Source: Callorhinchus milii (taxonomy: Eukaryota). Taken from it: a stretch of 64,000 nt of DNA. A program made the position numbers and the translations under genes. Under the pieces are notes generated by a model, which was not told where the DNA came from, did not search any database, and saw only the letters and a list, made by a program, of their open reading frames with translations. Each line of letters begins with the position of its first letter. Position 1 is the first letter of the stretch. The stretch lies in NCBI RefSeq assembly GCF_018977255.1, contig NW_024704742.1:51834001-51898000 (forward strand), written 5' to 3'. Shown here one piece after another: positions 38,069 to 51,465 of this stretch.

Positions 38069-38563
38069 TGTCAGAAGTGCCAGTAATCGTGCTACTTTGC
38101 TGAGGAGCACTACGTCAATCCCCAAATCAATCTCAATCAGACATAATTTCCATGGCCCAAATAAAACTGGAATTATCACATTCTACGTATGTGTGCAAAC
38201 ATGGATTATCTTTACACCACTGAAAGGCTATCTTTGCAAAATGCTCATTTTACAGAGGCAGAAAAAAATCTGTTCTTAGTAAAGCTTTTTACTTTTACTT
38301 TATATTATCCACAGATGCTAAAAAAAGGCGGAAAACGGGCAGATACCAAAGAGTTCCATACTATGTTCCTGCAGATTTTTATTGCATGTAAAACTATAGT
38401 TCCTAGTGTGGCAACATTTTATGGATTGTGATGGAAACTAACATTTCGGTTGAATTAAGAGGCAAGACTTAATTAGCGGTTAATAGCAGCAGAAGTGCTA
38501 ATTTTACAAATATTTCACTAAGAATTTCTTAAATAAAAATATATATTGCATTAGTTTTTCATT

Positions 38564-38896
38564 TGGGTTTGATTCCCAGCAGGGCGAAATGTTAGGCAAA
38601 TTTCCTTACTCCACATGCCTCTATTTACCTAGCAGTAAGTAAGAACCCAGTTGTAAGTCAATTTGGGGTTCGCTTTTCCAGGGGTGATAATCCTTTAAAA
38701 AAATAACTTGCATCACTCAATCCACGACTGTTTGTTGGGCACTTCTATGTGCAATTGGCTGCCACATTTTGCCCATAAAATACACAGTCACTGCACTTTA
38801 CAGTATATTTTGTGAAGTGCTTTGAGATGTCTCAAAGATGTGATAAGGCGCTATATCGAATGCAAGGATTATTATTATATTATTATTGTTATTATT
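38564..38896 (+). mobile_element. tRNA-derived SINE, long form, 5'-truncated
   Basis: Starts at the B box and carries the same central segment and older tail. Confidence 0.85.
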
Positions 38897-39419
38897 TAAC
38901 TAAGAGTCAAGCAACACTCCTTCTACCCCACTGGGCCTATTTTCTTTAATGTGACAAAGGTATTGCTGAGTGCATACTACACATTTGGTGGAATATCACC
39001 TTGAAATGAATTGAATGCTCTAACATAAACAAGGGCTCAGGTGGGGAAACCACACTTATGCATTGATAGGTGCAAACTGCACTAGGCTCTTGGTTGCATA
39101 ATCAGGATGCTAAATATACCTTTTTAAATCTGATATTTGGGGCTTTTTAGCACAGATTTAAAACAATATAGAGTGGGATGTGTTCCAATCCACATTACTA
39201 TATAACCAGGCATATGAATAGTACGGAAAACTCCTATACAATACTATTCAGCTGCACTCTGCTTCACCACATTATGTTTTGTGGGGCACGTGCTAATGCT
39301 TGATCTGAAGGCAACATTATAAGAGCAGGATTATCTAAATTAGGGAGAGTGCTGGCATGTATAATTATAAATAACGTAAAATATGTTGACACTCACTTCC
39401 CTTTAGGAAGTATCTGTGT

Positions 39420-39640
39420 GTCAGCCTAGCTCCCTGGTAGCACTCTCGCCTCCTGAATCAGAAAGTTGTGGGTCTTGGACATAGTCAATGCAGTGCTGGG
39501 TGGGGAGTGTTGTCAAAGATGCCATCCTTCGGATGAGATGTTAAACCAAGTTCTGCCTGCCTTTTCAGGTGGACATTAAAGATCCCATGGCACTATTCAA
39601 AAAGAGAAGGGAGTTTCTGCTGATGTCCTGGCCAACTATA
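39420..39640 (+). mobile_element. DeuSINE 5' part
   Basis: GGTAGCACTCTCGCCTC...CCTTCGGATGAGATGTTAAACC...CAGGTGGACATTAAAGATCCCATGGCACTATT. Confidence 0.8.
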
Positions 39641-41150
39641 TTTAATTATTGCCAGCAAGGAAAGTGTTCTTTTAATTCATCAATACAAAAAGTAATGCAA
39701 AACTTAAAAGAAGTCCCCACTATAAAAGGATGCCAGATTATTTGAATTATATTCCTTCCAAACACTGAATGACAATGATAGTAGGATGAACAAATTAGAC
39801 AGTGATAAATTGCTAGAGCAACTCCGCAGGTTAAATGCAACTGCCTCAGTCAATCATATTGCAGTCTATGAAAACATTCTATTACTTAGTTCTTGATTTC
39901 TAACATTGCTGTAGATTGCACTGCTGAAAGTTTGGACATCAATTACTATTTAGAGTCTGTGGCTACTAATTATCCATAGTAAACTGATTTTACACATTCA
40001 ACAGAGAATAACAATGAAACTGTATTTTATGTTCACCTCAAATAATTAATGCTGATGAACTTTGAAATGAACTGCCAAAACAAATAGTACATATACTCAA
40101 GGAAGGCACATGCAATGACTTCCAAAATTAATAACAGCATTCTGATTTGTTTTAAAGAATGCTTATTAGGTCTTACTATTTTTCCCAGTTTTGTCCTTGT
40201 TGAGACTTCAATACTGCAATCTTAGTTCATATATTATGGCAACATCAGTTGGCTTAATCTTGCTAGCAGTGTGCCACAAGCCAACTCTGCCTCAGGCCCA
40301 GCCTTCAGAAGTGCATTGGAGAAATTAAAATGCAAGAAAAAAGGTGTACGTATTGTTTAATATACTATGAATGTTTACACTAATTGAGGTACATTCACAA
40401 TTTTAAAAAGTTTATAATGCTCTAACTAACCTGTTTTATTTAAAAAACATTTAGGCTTCTCACATCTGAGGATTCACTTTCTATAGAATTCTACTAAATG
40501 CAATTAGAATTTGTAATATGGCTATTTTTAACCCTGAGCTGCTTAACCAAAAGTTTATTCACAAATTAACATAGAAATATGGCTTTTTTTAAAAAACGAT
40601 TTAAAAAAATAAAAGCTTACATTATTCAAAAACAGATAAGTGCAAGTTGAAGTTTGCAAAAAGAACTTTGCAGGTTTCTTTTGTACCAGCCATTACAGTC
40701 AGCACATTACAAACACTGGAAGCTGTCAGGACTTAAAGGTTTCTGATAACAGTTGATGTCCACAGAGCAATTTTATTTTTTGAAGTCTTAAGCCAATGAT
40801 GCTCTGCGATTTAGATGTATAAGATTCAGTGCCCGATAATTGACCCATTTGACCTGTCTGCTGCTTTCTTGATAAGTCTGAATTCCTGAGGGTGACCCAT
40901 ATCGGAGTGGAAACTTACTTGTGACCTACAGACGTGTTCCATATGCAGCTCAACACATCGTTAAAACAAGACGCAGCACACCAACTAATGGATGATTGGT
41001 TTACTCGATCATAAACAAGTCAAATTGAGTGGTTAGGATTATGGAAGCAGCTTGCAGGATCTGTAATTCGATGTGGCTCAACTTACCATTGTACTGTCTA
41101 CTCAAAAGATAGGTGGGATTTATCCTCCAGTAGGAGGGGTTAAGTAAGCG

Positions 41151-41726
41151 GGGTCACCTTGGAGCTGAACTCGCATCAAAGTGACATGCCTGGCAATTGA
41201 ATGTCGGAATCAAGCCAGCCCTCTGTGACAGTTTGCATAGTCCGGTTCCTCAACCAGGCGGGTCTGCAGTATTCCTGGGCACTGCTGATTACAGCACAGC
41301 CAGTCTGGCTCATCAGCAGAACCTGGAAGGACAGACCAGTCATTGGGGGCGGGAGTCATTCCACTCAGCTCTTGTTAACCCTGCAAGCCCAAACTCTAAT
41401 GGTAGGGTGGTCCTAGTCTGACAAGTAGCGGGAAAGCTTGCAATATCAATGGCAAGTTATGCGGTTTTAGCTGGTTAGACTCCAGCAGTAGCCGAACACA
41501 CACTCTGGGGTCCCGAAGCATTGGCGCTTTCCAACTTGTGCCTAATACTTTCCGGAATTAGGTAAGCAGGATGTGTCCTTCCAATGAGAGAGTGTATAAA
41601 CCATTCCAACAATCCATCTCTGGGATTTCCATATATAAGTGGGATGCATGGAAATCTCAGTTTGGTTTGGATACTCTTAAGCATAGTGATGAGTTTCTGT
41701 ATGTGTCAGACACCGGGCTGACCAGA
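41151..41726 (+). repeat. Unclassified retroposon family X copy (sense orientation)
   Basis: Reverse complement of 23809-24386, ending ...GTGTCAGACACCGGGCTGACCAG. Confidence 0.85.
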
Positions 41727-42909
41727 TAACTAACATGTTTTCATTCAACAGCTTTACATTGGATTTGTGGGCTTCATTTATGTCACATTGAAATCATTGA
41801 AAAAAGTAATTTTTTTGGATAAGATTAATCTGTGCAAATGAAAAGGAGTTCATCATTAGTATCAGAAAGGACACGGAGCTTGTTGCATAAACAAACTGTG
41901 GATGAACTTGCAACACTCACTTCAGTCTCTCCCATTTAAAAACATCACCAAACATTTTGTGTTTCAAAAACACCAGATAAAAGGCAAGAGAGGATCAGTA
42001 GCACTGCAATGGCAGGAATAAGAAACACATTTATATATACAATTTATCATTTTGCTAATGGGAAAGCTGATGTGTACAAGTTTCTACTACAAATATTTTA
42101 TTTTCTAGAATTGGGCTTTCAAGCACATTTACAAACTATATAAAACAAGTACAGTACTTTGAACTTGCTTCCTGGGGACAAAATATTATTTGTGAATCAA
42201 ACATATCACAAATAGTATAGTAGCATCAAGCAAATATTTGTACAGTAGTGAATGTTGAACAAAATTGGTCGGTACGACAACAACAATATCACTATTCAGT
42301 GTGTTGTCATTGAAGGGGGATGCGTGATTCAGCAGAGGTAAAAGGAAATGCTGTAGAAATGTTTAACCACCACAGTTTATGTAAATAAATTCATTTTTAA
42401 AACAGCATGATGGCACATTGATTAACATGTTGTGACATAGAAATGCAAGATACAGCTGGCTACACCAATTACTCACACTGCAGGTACCCAAATCTTGGCT
42501 GCAATATCAGTGAAAGGTGCAGTGAATGCCACACACCTCCCACAATTAAGAGAAGCGCATGAAGAGTCAATTTTCTCATGCACCTTAAATACATTGCAGT
42601 CCACTGCAGAACCAAATTAGCACCTGCTAGAGAAGTAAATTGTACCCCTCCCCCATTAAATTTTTGACATTTATTTCACATGCATGCAAATTAATGCTAA
42701 TTCTATCTCAATATAAATATATTTTCTAAGATTGCATAATTGGGAAAGAATCACCAGCAATACCAGTACAGATCAATACGTATTCCTTACATCTCATAAA
42801 GCCTTTCCACTTCAGGATGACAAAATGTGCCCGTATATTGTTTAGTCAAATCTATGTGTCATGCGTGCCAATGCTTAGTGCCCAGGTGTGACATCAAGAA
42901 TGCTTATTT

Positions 42910-43240
42910 GTGGAGTCCTGTAGCTCAGTGGTTAGAGCACTCGCTTTGCAAGCGAGAGACCTGAGTTCAATTCCAGGCAGGGCGAAACCTTGGGCAAGTT
43001 TCCTTACTCCACACGCCTAATAATAATCCCTCCAAAAAACCAAAAACAATAACTAAATTGGTCATTTTTCAATCTACGACTGTTTGTGGGACATTGCTGT
43101 GCGCAATTGGCTGCCGCGTTCGCCCACAAATATACAGTCAATTCACTTTACAGTGTGTTCTGTGAAGCGCTTTGGGACATCCTCCCGACGTGAAAAGCGC
43201 TATATCAAATGCAAGGATTATTATTATTATTATTATTATT
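42910..43240 (+). mobile_element. Young tRNA-derived SINE, short form, L2-A-type tail
   Basis: Nearly identical to 18076-18399, with a long (ATT)n tail. Confidence 0.93.
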
Positions 43241-44084
43241 TAATGAGGTAACTGAGAGTTTCGCCTTCGAGGGGGAAAATGGCAAAAGAAAATCAAAACG
43301 AAATATTCAGAGAAGATTAAACTATCTCCAGTAATAAATTATTACATTTATTTCATAATTATTTGTTACTGGCATTTTGTATGTTATTTGGCATTTTAAT
43401 TGGTTTACCCAAATCAAGGTGAATACTTGATTTACAGAATGATGCTACAGGTTTAGACCTTGATGCAAGTAAATGGCATTACTGTATTTTAAACTGATGA
43501 ATACTCATTAATTTAAACTCATGAATACAGTTGGATTTTAAAATGCTTTTGAAACAAAATTCAACCTTACAGCACATGAACTCTTATGGACTTTAAATTT
43601 GCTGTCAAATCATATTCATAACAGGAAGCACACTGAGCAGAAGAGTTACAACATGTAGAGAAGGTAGAATTAAATATTCACACAACTGACAAACACAAAT
43701 GTGCTGATAAATGTCTTGCAGTCTTCAAACTAATGCTGTGCATATGCTTTACATAGAAGAGACCCAATCCACGGGGTATTCTAACTTCGAAGTACTTAAC
43801 ATGCAATATTACTGCATAATCACATTTTTAAGTTTTGATCACCTGTGGTATGTAGGGAAAACTAATGACACACAATGTATTTTCAAAGATTTTTTGGGTG
43901 AGCTCACTGTGTTAAAGATATGTGACCCTATATTTTATCAAAATCACAGAAATACACAATATGCTGGTATATCACAAGATTCATCACACCTAGATATTGG
44001 TTATGTCCCTCTGCAATGAAGCAAACATCACCTTTCAGAAGCTGAGGATAAATGTCCATACTTTCGGAATTTAATGACTGTATA

Positions 44085-44200
44085 ATTTTTTTTGGGGATC
44101 AGCCGGATGTCTGACACATGCAGAAACCCATCGTCAAGTTTAAGATTATCCAAACCAAATTGAAATTTCATCCCACCTACAAAGGGAAATTCCAGAGATA
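44085..44200 (-). repeat. Family X short 3' fragment
   Basis: A T-run followed by ATCAGCCGGATGTCTGACACATGCAGAAACCCATC...TATCCAAACCAAATTGA. Confidence 0.75.
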
Positions 44201-44611
44201 GATTGACATACATCTTGGACAAGTCACAGAATTTCCTTTAAGATAAAAGACACATGCCAAGATCAGGATGATTGGTGGAATTTTGTTCAATGATTTTTGT
44301 TTTTGCCAGCTGGACTTGCAGTTTATGGTATGAAAATACCTCACTTAGTTACACATCTGATTATGCTCATGAAACCTTCACGCAGTTGGTGCGTCTGAGG
44401 AAGCTCACCGAGAAAAGCAATGGTTGTATAATTCTATGCCTGAATGTGGTGATGGTGTAAAATTAACCATGATTGAGTTATTTGTTACCATTTTTNACTG
44501 GAATAAATGACTAAAATGCAATATACACTTACATAGCATCTTTTACTTTCCTCCAACTCCCACTGCGAGGAAAAAATGTGAGTCCAAAATCGAGGGAATC
44601 CGCTCAGCTGC

Positions 44612-45710
44612 CACTGCCCTCCCAACTTCACCTTCTTGCACCACTACTCGCCGACATCATCAACCTCTCCCTGTTATCTGGCACTGTTCCTACCCCACTC
44701 AAGACAGCCACTATCACCCCCACCTTGAAGAAACCTTCCCTTGACCCATCACACTATCCAGCTACCATCCCATCTCCCACCTGCCTTTTCTGTCTAAGGT
44801 CCTTGAGAGAGCCGTCGCCTCCCAGCTTTGCTCTTTCCTTTCCTCCCACTCCCTCCATGAGTCCCTCTGCTCTGGTCAAGGTCACAAACGACATCCTGAC
44901 CATGTGTGACCAGGGCTCCCTCTGCCTCCTCGTCCTCCTCGACGTCTCTGCCGCCTTTGATACTGTGGACTACTCAACCCTCCTCCACCGCCTCTCCTCC
45001 CACCTCAACCTTCAAGGTCTTGTCCTTGACTGGTTCAGGTCCTACCTTTCACACCGCCTCCACTTCGTCTCTGCAAACGGCTTCTCCTCCATCCCCCGCA
45101 CTGTCTCGTGCGGCGTTCCTCAGGGCTCTGTCTTCGGTCTCCTCCTCTTCACCCTCTATATGCTCCCCCTTGGTGACATCATCCGCAGACATACAGTAAA
45201 TTTCCACATGTATGCGGATGACACCCAACTCTATCTCTCTTCCTCCACCCTCAACTCCAGGACCACTGGTGTCCTGACCGACTGCCTATCCCCCATCAAT
45301 TCGTGGACAAGGGACAACTTTCTCCAACTGAAAGATCCTCGTCCTCCTACCTCTATGAGCTGCGAACCTACCAACCTGCTCGCTCCTTCTGTTCAGCGGG
45401 CTCCAGCCTGCTCCATGTCTCCCGCCCGACCCGCCCTACCATCGGTGGCCGGGCTTTCAGCCTCTCTACCCCCACACTCTGGAACTCCATCCCAACAGTC
45501 CCTTTGCCTCGCTTCCTCCCTTGGCTCCTTCAAGGCCGGTCTCAAGACGCTCCTCTTCGATCGTGCCTTTAGTTGCCCTCCCACGTCTCTGCCTTCCCTC
45601 ACCCCTACCCCACCCCGTCCCCCATCCTCAGGTCCTGATCTGACTGTCCAATGCCTTGGAATCTCCTCCCTACATGAAAGGTGCTCTATAAATAAAATGT
45701 TGTTGTTGTT
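44612..45710 (+). mobile_element. L2 LINE RT fragment with internal deletions
   Basis: LVLLDVSAAFDTVD, GVPQGSVFG and [11 protein letters not shown] motifs, then a jump at about 45330 to the 3' region and a (GTT)n tail. Confidence 0.93.
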
Positions 45711-46175
45711 TACATCCAGAGGACGTTTCAAAGCGCTTGACACTGCTGGTGACCTGAGCTGGGGATGGGAATTGAGGAATGTGGGAAGGGGAAGCATGAC
45801 CAAAAGTGCACCCAAACAAGTACGTTTTCTGATGGAATTTGAACGAGTAGAAGGGAGGGAGGGAGTTGGAAGGATACCAAGATGCAGTTCCAGGGAGCAG
45901 CGGCAGAATGGCAGAAAGCCTGTCTTTTGATGGTGGAGTGGATAGGCAATGTTTCGGGGATGAGGGAAAGCTGAGCGGGTAAGAGAACAGATGTAAGGGT
46001 TTCAAAGGCAGTTGGGAGTCAGACAAGACACAGTGGCTCCTCAAGGTGGCGAATGCATCCATACAGGTTGATGCTGTCATCGCCTGAGGGGGGGAAGTTC
46101 TGACAGGAGCCAAACAGGAGAGCCTCTCTTGTCAACATTCGTCTGGAGAAAGTAAGAGCTCATCCAGGACTTGAT
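45711..46175 (-). mobile_element. Older L2 fragment, tail-to-tail with the previous copy
   Basis: AGGACGTTTCAAAGCGCTTGACACTG tail remnant and the antisense ..KSWMSS.FLQ.NVDK region at about 46130-46175. Confidence 0.72.
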
Positions 46176-46339
46176 GAACGTAAATACACAACAGAAAAAA
46201 ACTGCTGTCAACTCCATCCCATGATGACCAGTTAAGATCTTGCAACAATCAAAGTTTTAATATTTTCTCCATACCAAGTAATAATTCCTAACTTTTTACT
46301 TTTACAAAAAAATTGTTCAACCTAAGCTCATACATATAG

Positions 46340-46730
46340 AAGATTGAGGGGTGATTTGATAGAGGTTTTTAGGATGATAAAGGGTAGATGCAGAAAAGCT
46401 ATTTTCTGTTTTAGAGAATGCAAAACAAGGGAGCATAGTCTTAAAATTAGAAGGAAACCATTTAAGAGTGAAATTAGGAAGCATTTTTTCACTCAAAGAG
46501 TGGTAGAAATCTGGAACTCTCTCCCCCCAAAGGTCGTGGATCCATCCACACCTTTAAGAAAGAGATTGACAGATTTTTGGTAGGTCAGGGTATTAAGGGA
46601 TATGGGGAGAAAGCGGGAAATTGGATTTCAAATTCTAGTAAAGATATAGATCAGCCATGATCTAATTAAATGGTGGAACAGGCTCGACGGGCTGAATGGC
46701 CTACTCCTGTTCCTATGTTTCTATATTCCT
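46340..46730 (+). mobile_element. CR1 LINE 3' end
   Basis: LRGDLIEVFRMIKG...TREHSLKI...FFTQRVVEIWNSLP, then a 3' UTR ending GGCTGAATGGCCTACTCCTGTTCCTATG. Confidence 0.92.
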
Positions 46731-47724
46731 AATCTTGTAAATAAAAAAATGCAGTGTTCTTTTAAAAAAAATGCACTATTCATGCATTTAACAAAATATT
46801 AGTGTTGAAATTCACCTCTGAGAAAGGCTAAACGAGCATTTAAATTTGGGTTAAAGTTGAAATTGAGATAAACTATACATCCCATATTATCACCGTCAAT
46901 TTTGTTCCTTCACCTCTCATCTTTGTGCGCTGAGTACAAACTTGACAGTGACTGTGAAATTTTAACTTCAGTATATGTTTTGACTTTTTGCATAAGAGCA
47001 TTAGCTCCTTTCACACAAATACTTTCCTGTTAATTTTATTGGATACTGTTCACTTATTTTGACAACCTACATGGCAAAAAGAAAATAATGCAAATTGGAC
47101 AAATAAGTGACAACAGTCAGAACATGTTTCGTGCAATTTGTTTCTCTCCATACATATTTCTGCATTTACTACAATATAAAAACAAGCTGTGAGCTATAAA
47201 ACTGGTCTCAGTCATTCCTGTACTCACATCTAAATTGATAGCAGTGAAGGACAGAAATACCCTTATTTTTGAGCAAATGTTGTTTTTGTTTTATAATAAC
47301 TAGTTGTGATTTGCAGCAACCTCATTGTGAACAGATATACCGGAAGAAAAGTATTTGTGGTTTGAAACAGAATGAAAGACAAATAGAATTAAAAAAGCAA
47401 ACCACTTCTCCTAAAAAGGCCCTCACAAACCAAATGTCATCATTATTTTCAATATAAATGGCTATATATTTTCTTAACAAAATTAAAAACATTCTTAACC
47501 TCTAACCCTCTGATTGCCAGCTGATAGGTCTCTTCATCGCACATCTTTTGGAAATTCTATTTTGTGGAATGTTAGCAAAATCTTTGTCTATTACAGCACT
47601 GAAGAACAAGTTTCTTTTGTTTAACATAAAATTCATCCCATTGTTGGTAAAAATTTAACCGTAGAAACCAACGACACAGTAGGGGCCCTTCAGCTATTGC
47701 AATAATGTTGGTGTTTACTCTTCC

Positions 47725-47900
47725 AATGAAGCAAACTCTCCTAAACCCAATTACAGTACATCTTTTTACCCTGTAATCTCCAGTAGCCTTCCTCCTCACG
47801 TTTATCGAATTCCCTTTAAAATGCACAAATTCACTCTGCTCTAATAGCCACCCTTTTGGCAATTCATTCCATATGCACCATTGGGGGCACGAAGAAAAAT
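47725..47900 (-). mobile_element. Decayed CR1 3' fragment
   Basis: Minus-strand ...IWNELP... remnant followed by a CR1-like UTR. Confidence 0.45.
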
Positions 47901-48039
47901 AACATACCATATGCCATATTCAGCAGGAACTTAAAATATTTTATTTTTCTAAAAATCACACTCCCTACAAAGGTATTTTTCGGTTGCATTGCATTTTTAC
48001 AATCTTAACTTTATAAATTGACCTGTTTAGGGTTAACCC

Positions 48040-50433
48040 TTCATCTCCGATATTTCTACCCTACTTACATCTCTCTGCCTCTGCTCATCATCCTGGGCGA
48101 CTTCAACCTGCACTTCACCCCCTCCTGCTCCATCTCCTCGGACTTCTCCTCCCTGCTCTCCTCGCTCAACCTCTCCATCCACATCAACTCCCCCACTCAC
48201 AGTCACGGCCACTCACTCGATTTGGTGATCACCCGGGGCCTCAGTGTCTCGGATGTCACCATTACCGACAAGGCCGTCTCCGATCACTTCATCTCCTTCA
48301 CCACCTCCACCCGTCCTCTCCACCTCCACCAGACCCACCACCATCTTCTACCGCCCCTGGAAGAAGTTACCCCCACAATCCCTAACCGCTGTCTTGGAGT
48401 CCTCTGAACTCCTCTCCCTCTGGCCTTCAACCCTCACTGACACCTCTTCTCCTCTCACCCTCCTCCACAACACCCTCTCCTCCTCACTCGACACTCTTGC
48501 CCCCATCACCTCCCGTACTGTCTCTTACTCTCGCTCCTCCCCCTGGTTCACCACCCACCTCCACTCACTGAAGAGCCAGGTGTGGGCCGCTGAACGCACC
48601 TGCCTCAAATCTGGCCTAATGGTCCAACGACAAATCTGGCTGGACCTCCTCAAAATCTACCGCTCAACTTCCACCCACCCCCCAACCCTTCCCTCCCACA
48701 CTCCGACTCCTACGCATCCTCCCCTACACACTTTCGTACCCGTTTCCCCACCCTCTGTCACCAAACTCATCCTGTCCCTGAAACCCACCACCTGCTCCCT
48801 TGACCCCATCCCCACTCCACTCCTTATCTCTCAGCTCCACCTCCTTGACCCACGTATCACAGACATCATTAACCTGTCCCTCTCCTCTGGCTCTGTTCCC
48901 ATTCCCCTAAAAACTGCCATCATCACTCCCACTTTGAAAAAACCCTACCTTGATGCGTCGCAGCTATCAAGCTACCGGCCCATCTCCAACCTCCCCTTCC
49001 TGTCCAAGGTCCTTGAAAGAGTTGCCACCTCCCAGCTGCGCTCTTTCCGCTCCACCCATTCATTATTCGAACCCCTTCAGTCGGGTTTCCATGCTGCCCA
49101 TAGCACAGAAACTGCCCTGGTCAAGGTCACCAATGACATCTTGACCATCTGCGACCAGGGCTCCCTCTGCCTCCTCGACCTATCGGCATTCGATACGGTC
49201 GACCACGCTATCCTCCTCCACCGCTTGTCCTCCCACCTCAACCTTCAAAGCCCTGTCCTTGAGAGGTTTAGGTCGTACCACTCCCACCGTCTTCATTTTG
49301 TTTCCACAAACGGCTTTTCCTCCACCCCCCGCACTGTCTTGTGCGGTGTCCCTCAAGGCTCTGTCCTTGGTCCCCTCCTCTTCTCCCTCTATATGCTCCC
49401 CCTTGGTGACATCATCCACAGACATGGGGTTAACTTCCACATGTATGCGGATGACACCCAACTCTACCTTTCCTCCTCTACTCTCAACTCCACGACCACC
49501 GATGTCCTGACAGCTGCCTGTCCGACATCGAGTCCTGGACGAGAGACAACTTTCTTCAGCTTAACGTGTGCAAAACTGAGGCCCTCCTGATTGGCTCACG
49601 TCAGCGCCTCCGCACCTCAGGCGCTGACAGCATCAGCATCCAAGGCTGCACTCTCCACCTCTCAAAGCCGTCAGGAACCTCTGTGTTCTGTTCGACCCTG
49701 AGCTGTCCTTTCTCCCTCATATCCGCACCACAACTGGCACCGCCTTCCATCACATCCGGAATATCGCCAGACTACGGCACTACCTCACCCCTCACGCTGC
49801 TGAAATTCTGGTCCACGCCTTTATCACCTCAAGGCTGGACTATGGGAACTCTCTCGCCGGCCTTCCCGGCACCTCCCTCCACAAGCTGCAGGTCATTCAG
49901 AACTCTGCAGCTTGTGTACTGTCCCGCACCAGGCTTCGCGACCACATCACACCCACCCTCGCTCGCCTCCACTGGCTCCCCATCCCCCAGAGGATCGAAT
50001 TCAAGATCCTCATCCTCACCTACAAGGCCATTCACGGCCTTGCTCCCTCCTACCTCTCCAACCTACTATCCCCCTACCTACCTGCCCGTACCCTCCGTTC
50101 CTCTGGCTCCGGTCTGCTCCACATCCCCCGCCCCAACCGCCCTACCATCGGTGGCCGGGCCTTCAGCCTCTCAGCCCCTAGGCTCTGGAACTCTATCCCC
50201 CAGTGCCTTCGCCGCCTCCTCCCTTTCCTCCTTCAAGGCCGGTCTCAAGACCTTTCTCTTTGACCGTGCCTTCAGCTCCCCTCTCGACTCTCTACCCCCT
50301 CCTCGCTCCCTCCCTTCCCTCCCCTCACCCTGACCATTTCCCCCCAATGCTCGGCTCCTGGCCCAACTGTCCAGCGCCTTGGGACGTCCTCCCGACGTGA
50401 AAGGCGCTCTATAAATGGAATCTTGTTGTTGTT
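48040..50433 (+). mobile_element. Longest L2 copy: partial APE endonuclease, RT and 3' tail; frameshifted and internally deleted
   Basis: [24 protein letters not shown] and SDHF (endonuclease). [39 protein letters not shown] and YADDTQLY (RT). Type-A tail with (GTT)n. Confidence 0.95.
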
Positions 50434-51016
50434 TAATGATAACACAGAGATGGGTTATGAAAATATCATCAATTGTGGTTATGAACGAAGAAGGCTCCCA
50501 TCAAATAGCAGTGTCTAAGCAACCAATGGAAATGCTTACAAGAGAGGTTGTTGGCTTCCTGCATTGACCTAAATTTAGAGCACGTTCCACTATCATAAAA
50601 TTGTGTGAGCTTATGGACTTAAACCACCCCATTATAATGGCGAGGGGGGAGGGACAATGAGTAGATGGTATGACATTCTTCTTTTATATGCAATCAATTT
50701 CCTTAAAATTCTGCCAATAGAATGGCTAGTGGGTATGCATAACTGTATCTCAGTTTGACTCCCTGTACCTTCCCTTCCTCTTTTGATGAAAATATCAGGA
50801 TCTCCCCCAGGGGTACAGATGGCTTGGTTGCTTTCCAGGACAATCCCTGCCATGATCTTTCTAAGGGCATTAGCTACCAACCTGTCACTCGCACATAATC
50901 AAAATTGTTATAGTTTGTATAAGAGTCGCGGAACAGACTGGATTTCAAATCTCAAGTGCAACTTTATTGTTCATGAAAAGTTGGAACAGGAAGGATAAAC
51001 GTAAGTAATACCTTAC

Positions 51017-51192
51017 CTGTAACAATAGCCTTTCAAAAGCAAGGAAATCATCCCACTTGGAGTACTTTGCATCTTGTAAAGTCTGTACTGTGGCCATTGT
51101 AAGCTGCAAGAGCCCACAGTGGTTCTCTAAGGCTTTCATGTTGCTCTTAAATAATTGGGCGTATGAGCTAAGCTGTTCAGGTGTGACTCTAC
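51017..51192 (-). CDS. SCFD2: SCFD2 internal coding exon (equivalent to human exon 4), 176 nt, phase 1 to 0
   Basis: Translates (G)RVTPEQLSSYAQLFKSNMKALENHCGLLQLTMATVQTLQDAKYSKWDDFLAFERLLLQ. Acceptor tttctttctgcAG and donor GTaagg. In frame with both neighbouring exons. Confidence 0.95.
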
Positions 51193-51349
51193 CTGCAGAA
51201 AGAAATGGACACATTAAAAAAGTCACAGCATTCAGCACTGCATTATTCTACACTGAGTAAGCCTCCTTCAATTTGTTAACTGAAAAATCTATACGATAAA
51301 AGTCAGCTAGATTAAATGAAAGGGAGATGTGATCACCCTTTTTGCAAGG

Positions 51350-51465
51350 AGATGGGGTCAGAGCGGGAGAGTAGGACTGATTAGCTAGCTCTTCCAAAAA
51401 GTCAGCACAGGCACAATAGGCCGAATGACCTCCTTCTGTGCTATAATGTTCTGTGATTCTATGAT
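51350..51465 (+). mobile_element. CR1 3' UTR fragment
   Basis: GCACAGGCACAATAGGCCGAATGACCTCCTTCTGTGCTATAATGTTCTGTGATTCTATGA. Confidence 0.75.

Larger units (their letters stand above)
5890..51016 (-). other. SCFD2: SCFD2 intron of about 45.1 kb, GT-AG, phase 0
   Basis: Bounded by the donor of the 176-nt exon and the acceptor of the 250-nt exon. The joined protein reads ...RLLLQ|TLGD... with no missing segment. Confidence 0.88.

Noticed and set aside
42910..42985. tRNA-Ala(TGC) genes at the SINE heads
   Set aside because: Each is fused to a SINE body and (ATT)n tail and has an irregular T-arm, so these are SINE heads.
44578..45930. 450-aa ORF as a novel or domesticated RT gene
   Set aside because: It is a chance read-through of a deleted L2 (partly out of frame) into its tail and an antisense L2. 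It starts at GTG and has no gene context.
46800..46970. Possible MITE with short inverted ends (GTTGAAATTCAC / GTGAAATTTTAAC); similar hints near 42460-42650 and 59608-59885
   Set aside because: The inverted matches are too short and degenerate to support by eye.
48244..49590. 448-aa ORF as an intact active LINE ORF2
   Set aside because: The endonuclease is in another frame, there is an internal deletion near 48665 and frameshifts follow the RT. It is a dead 5'-truncated copy.
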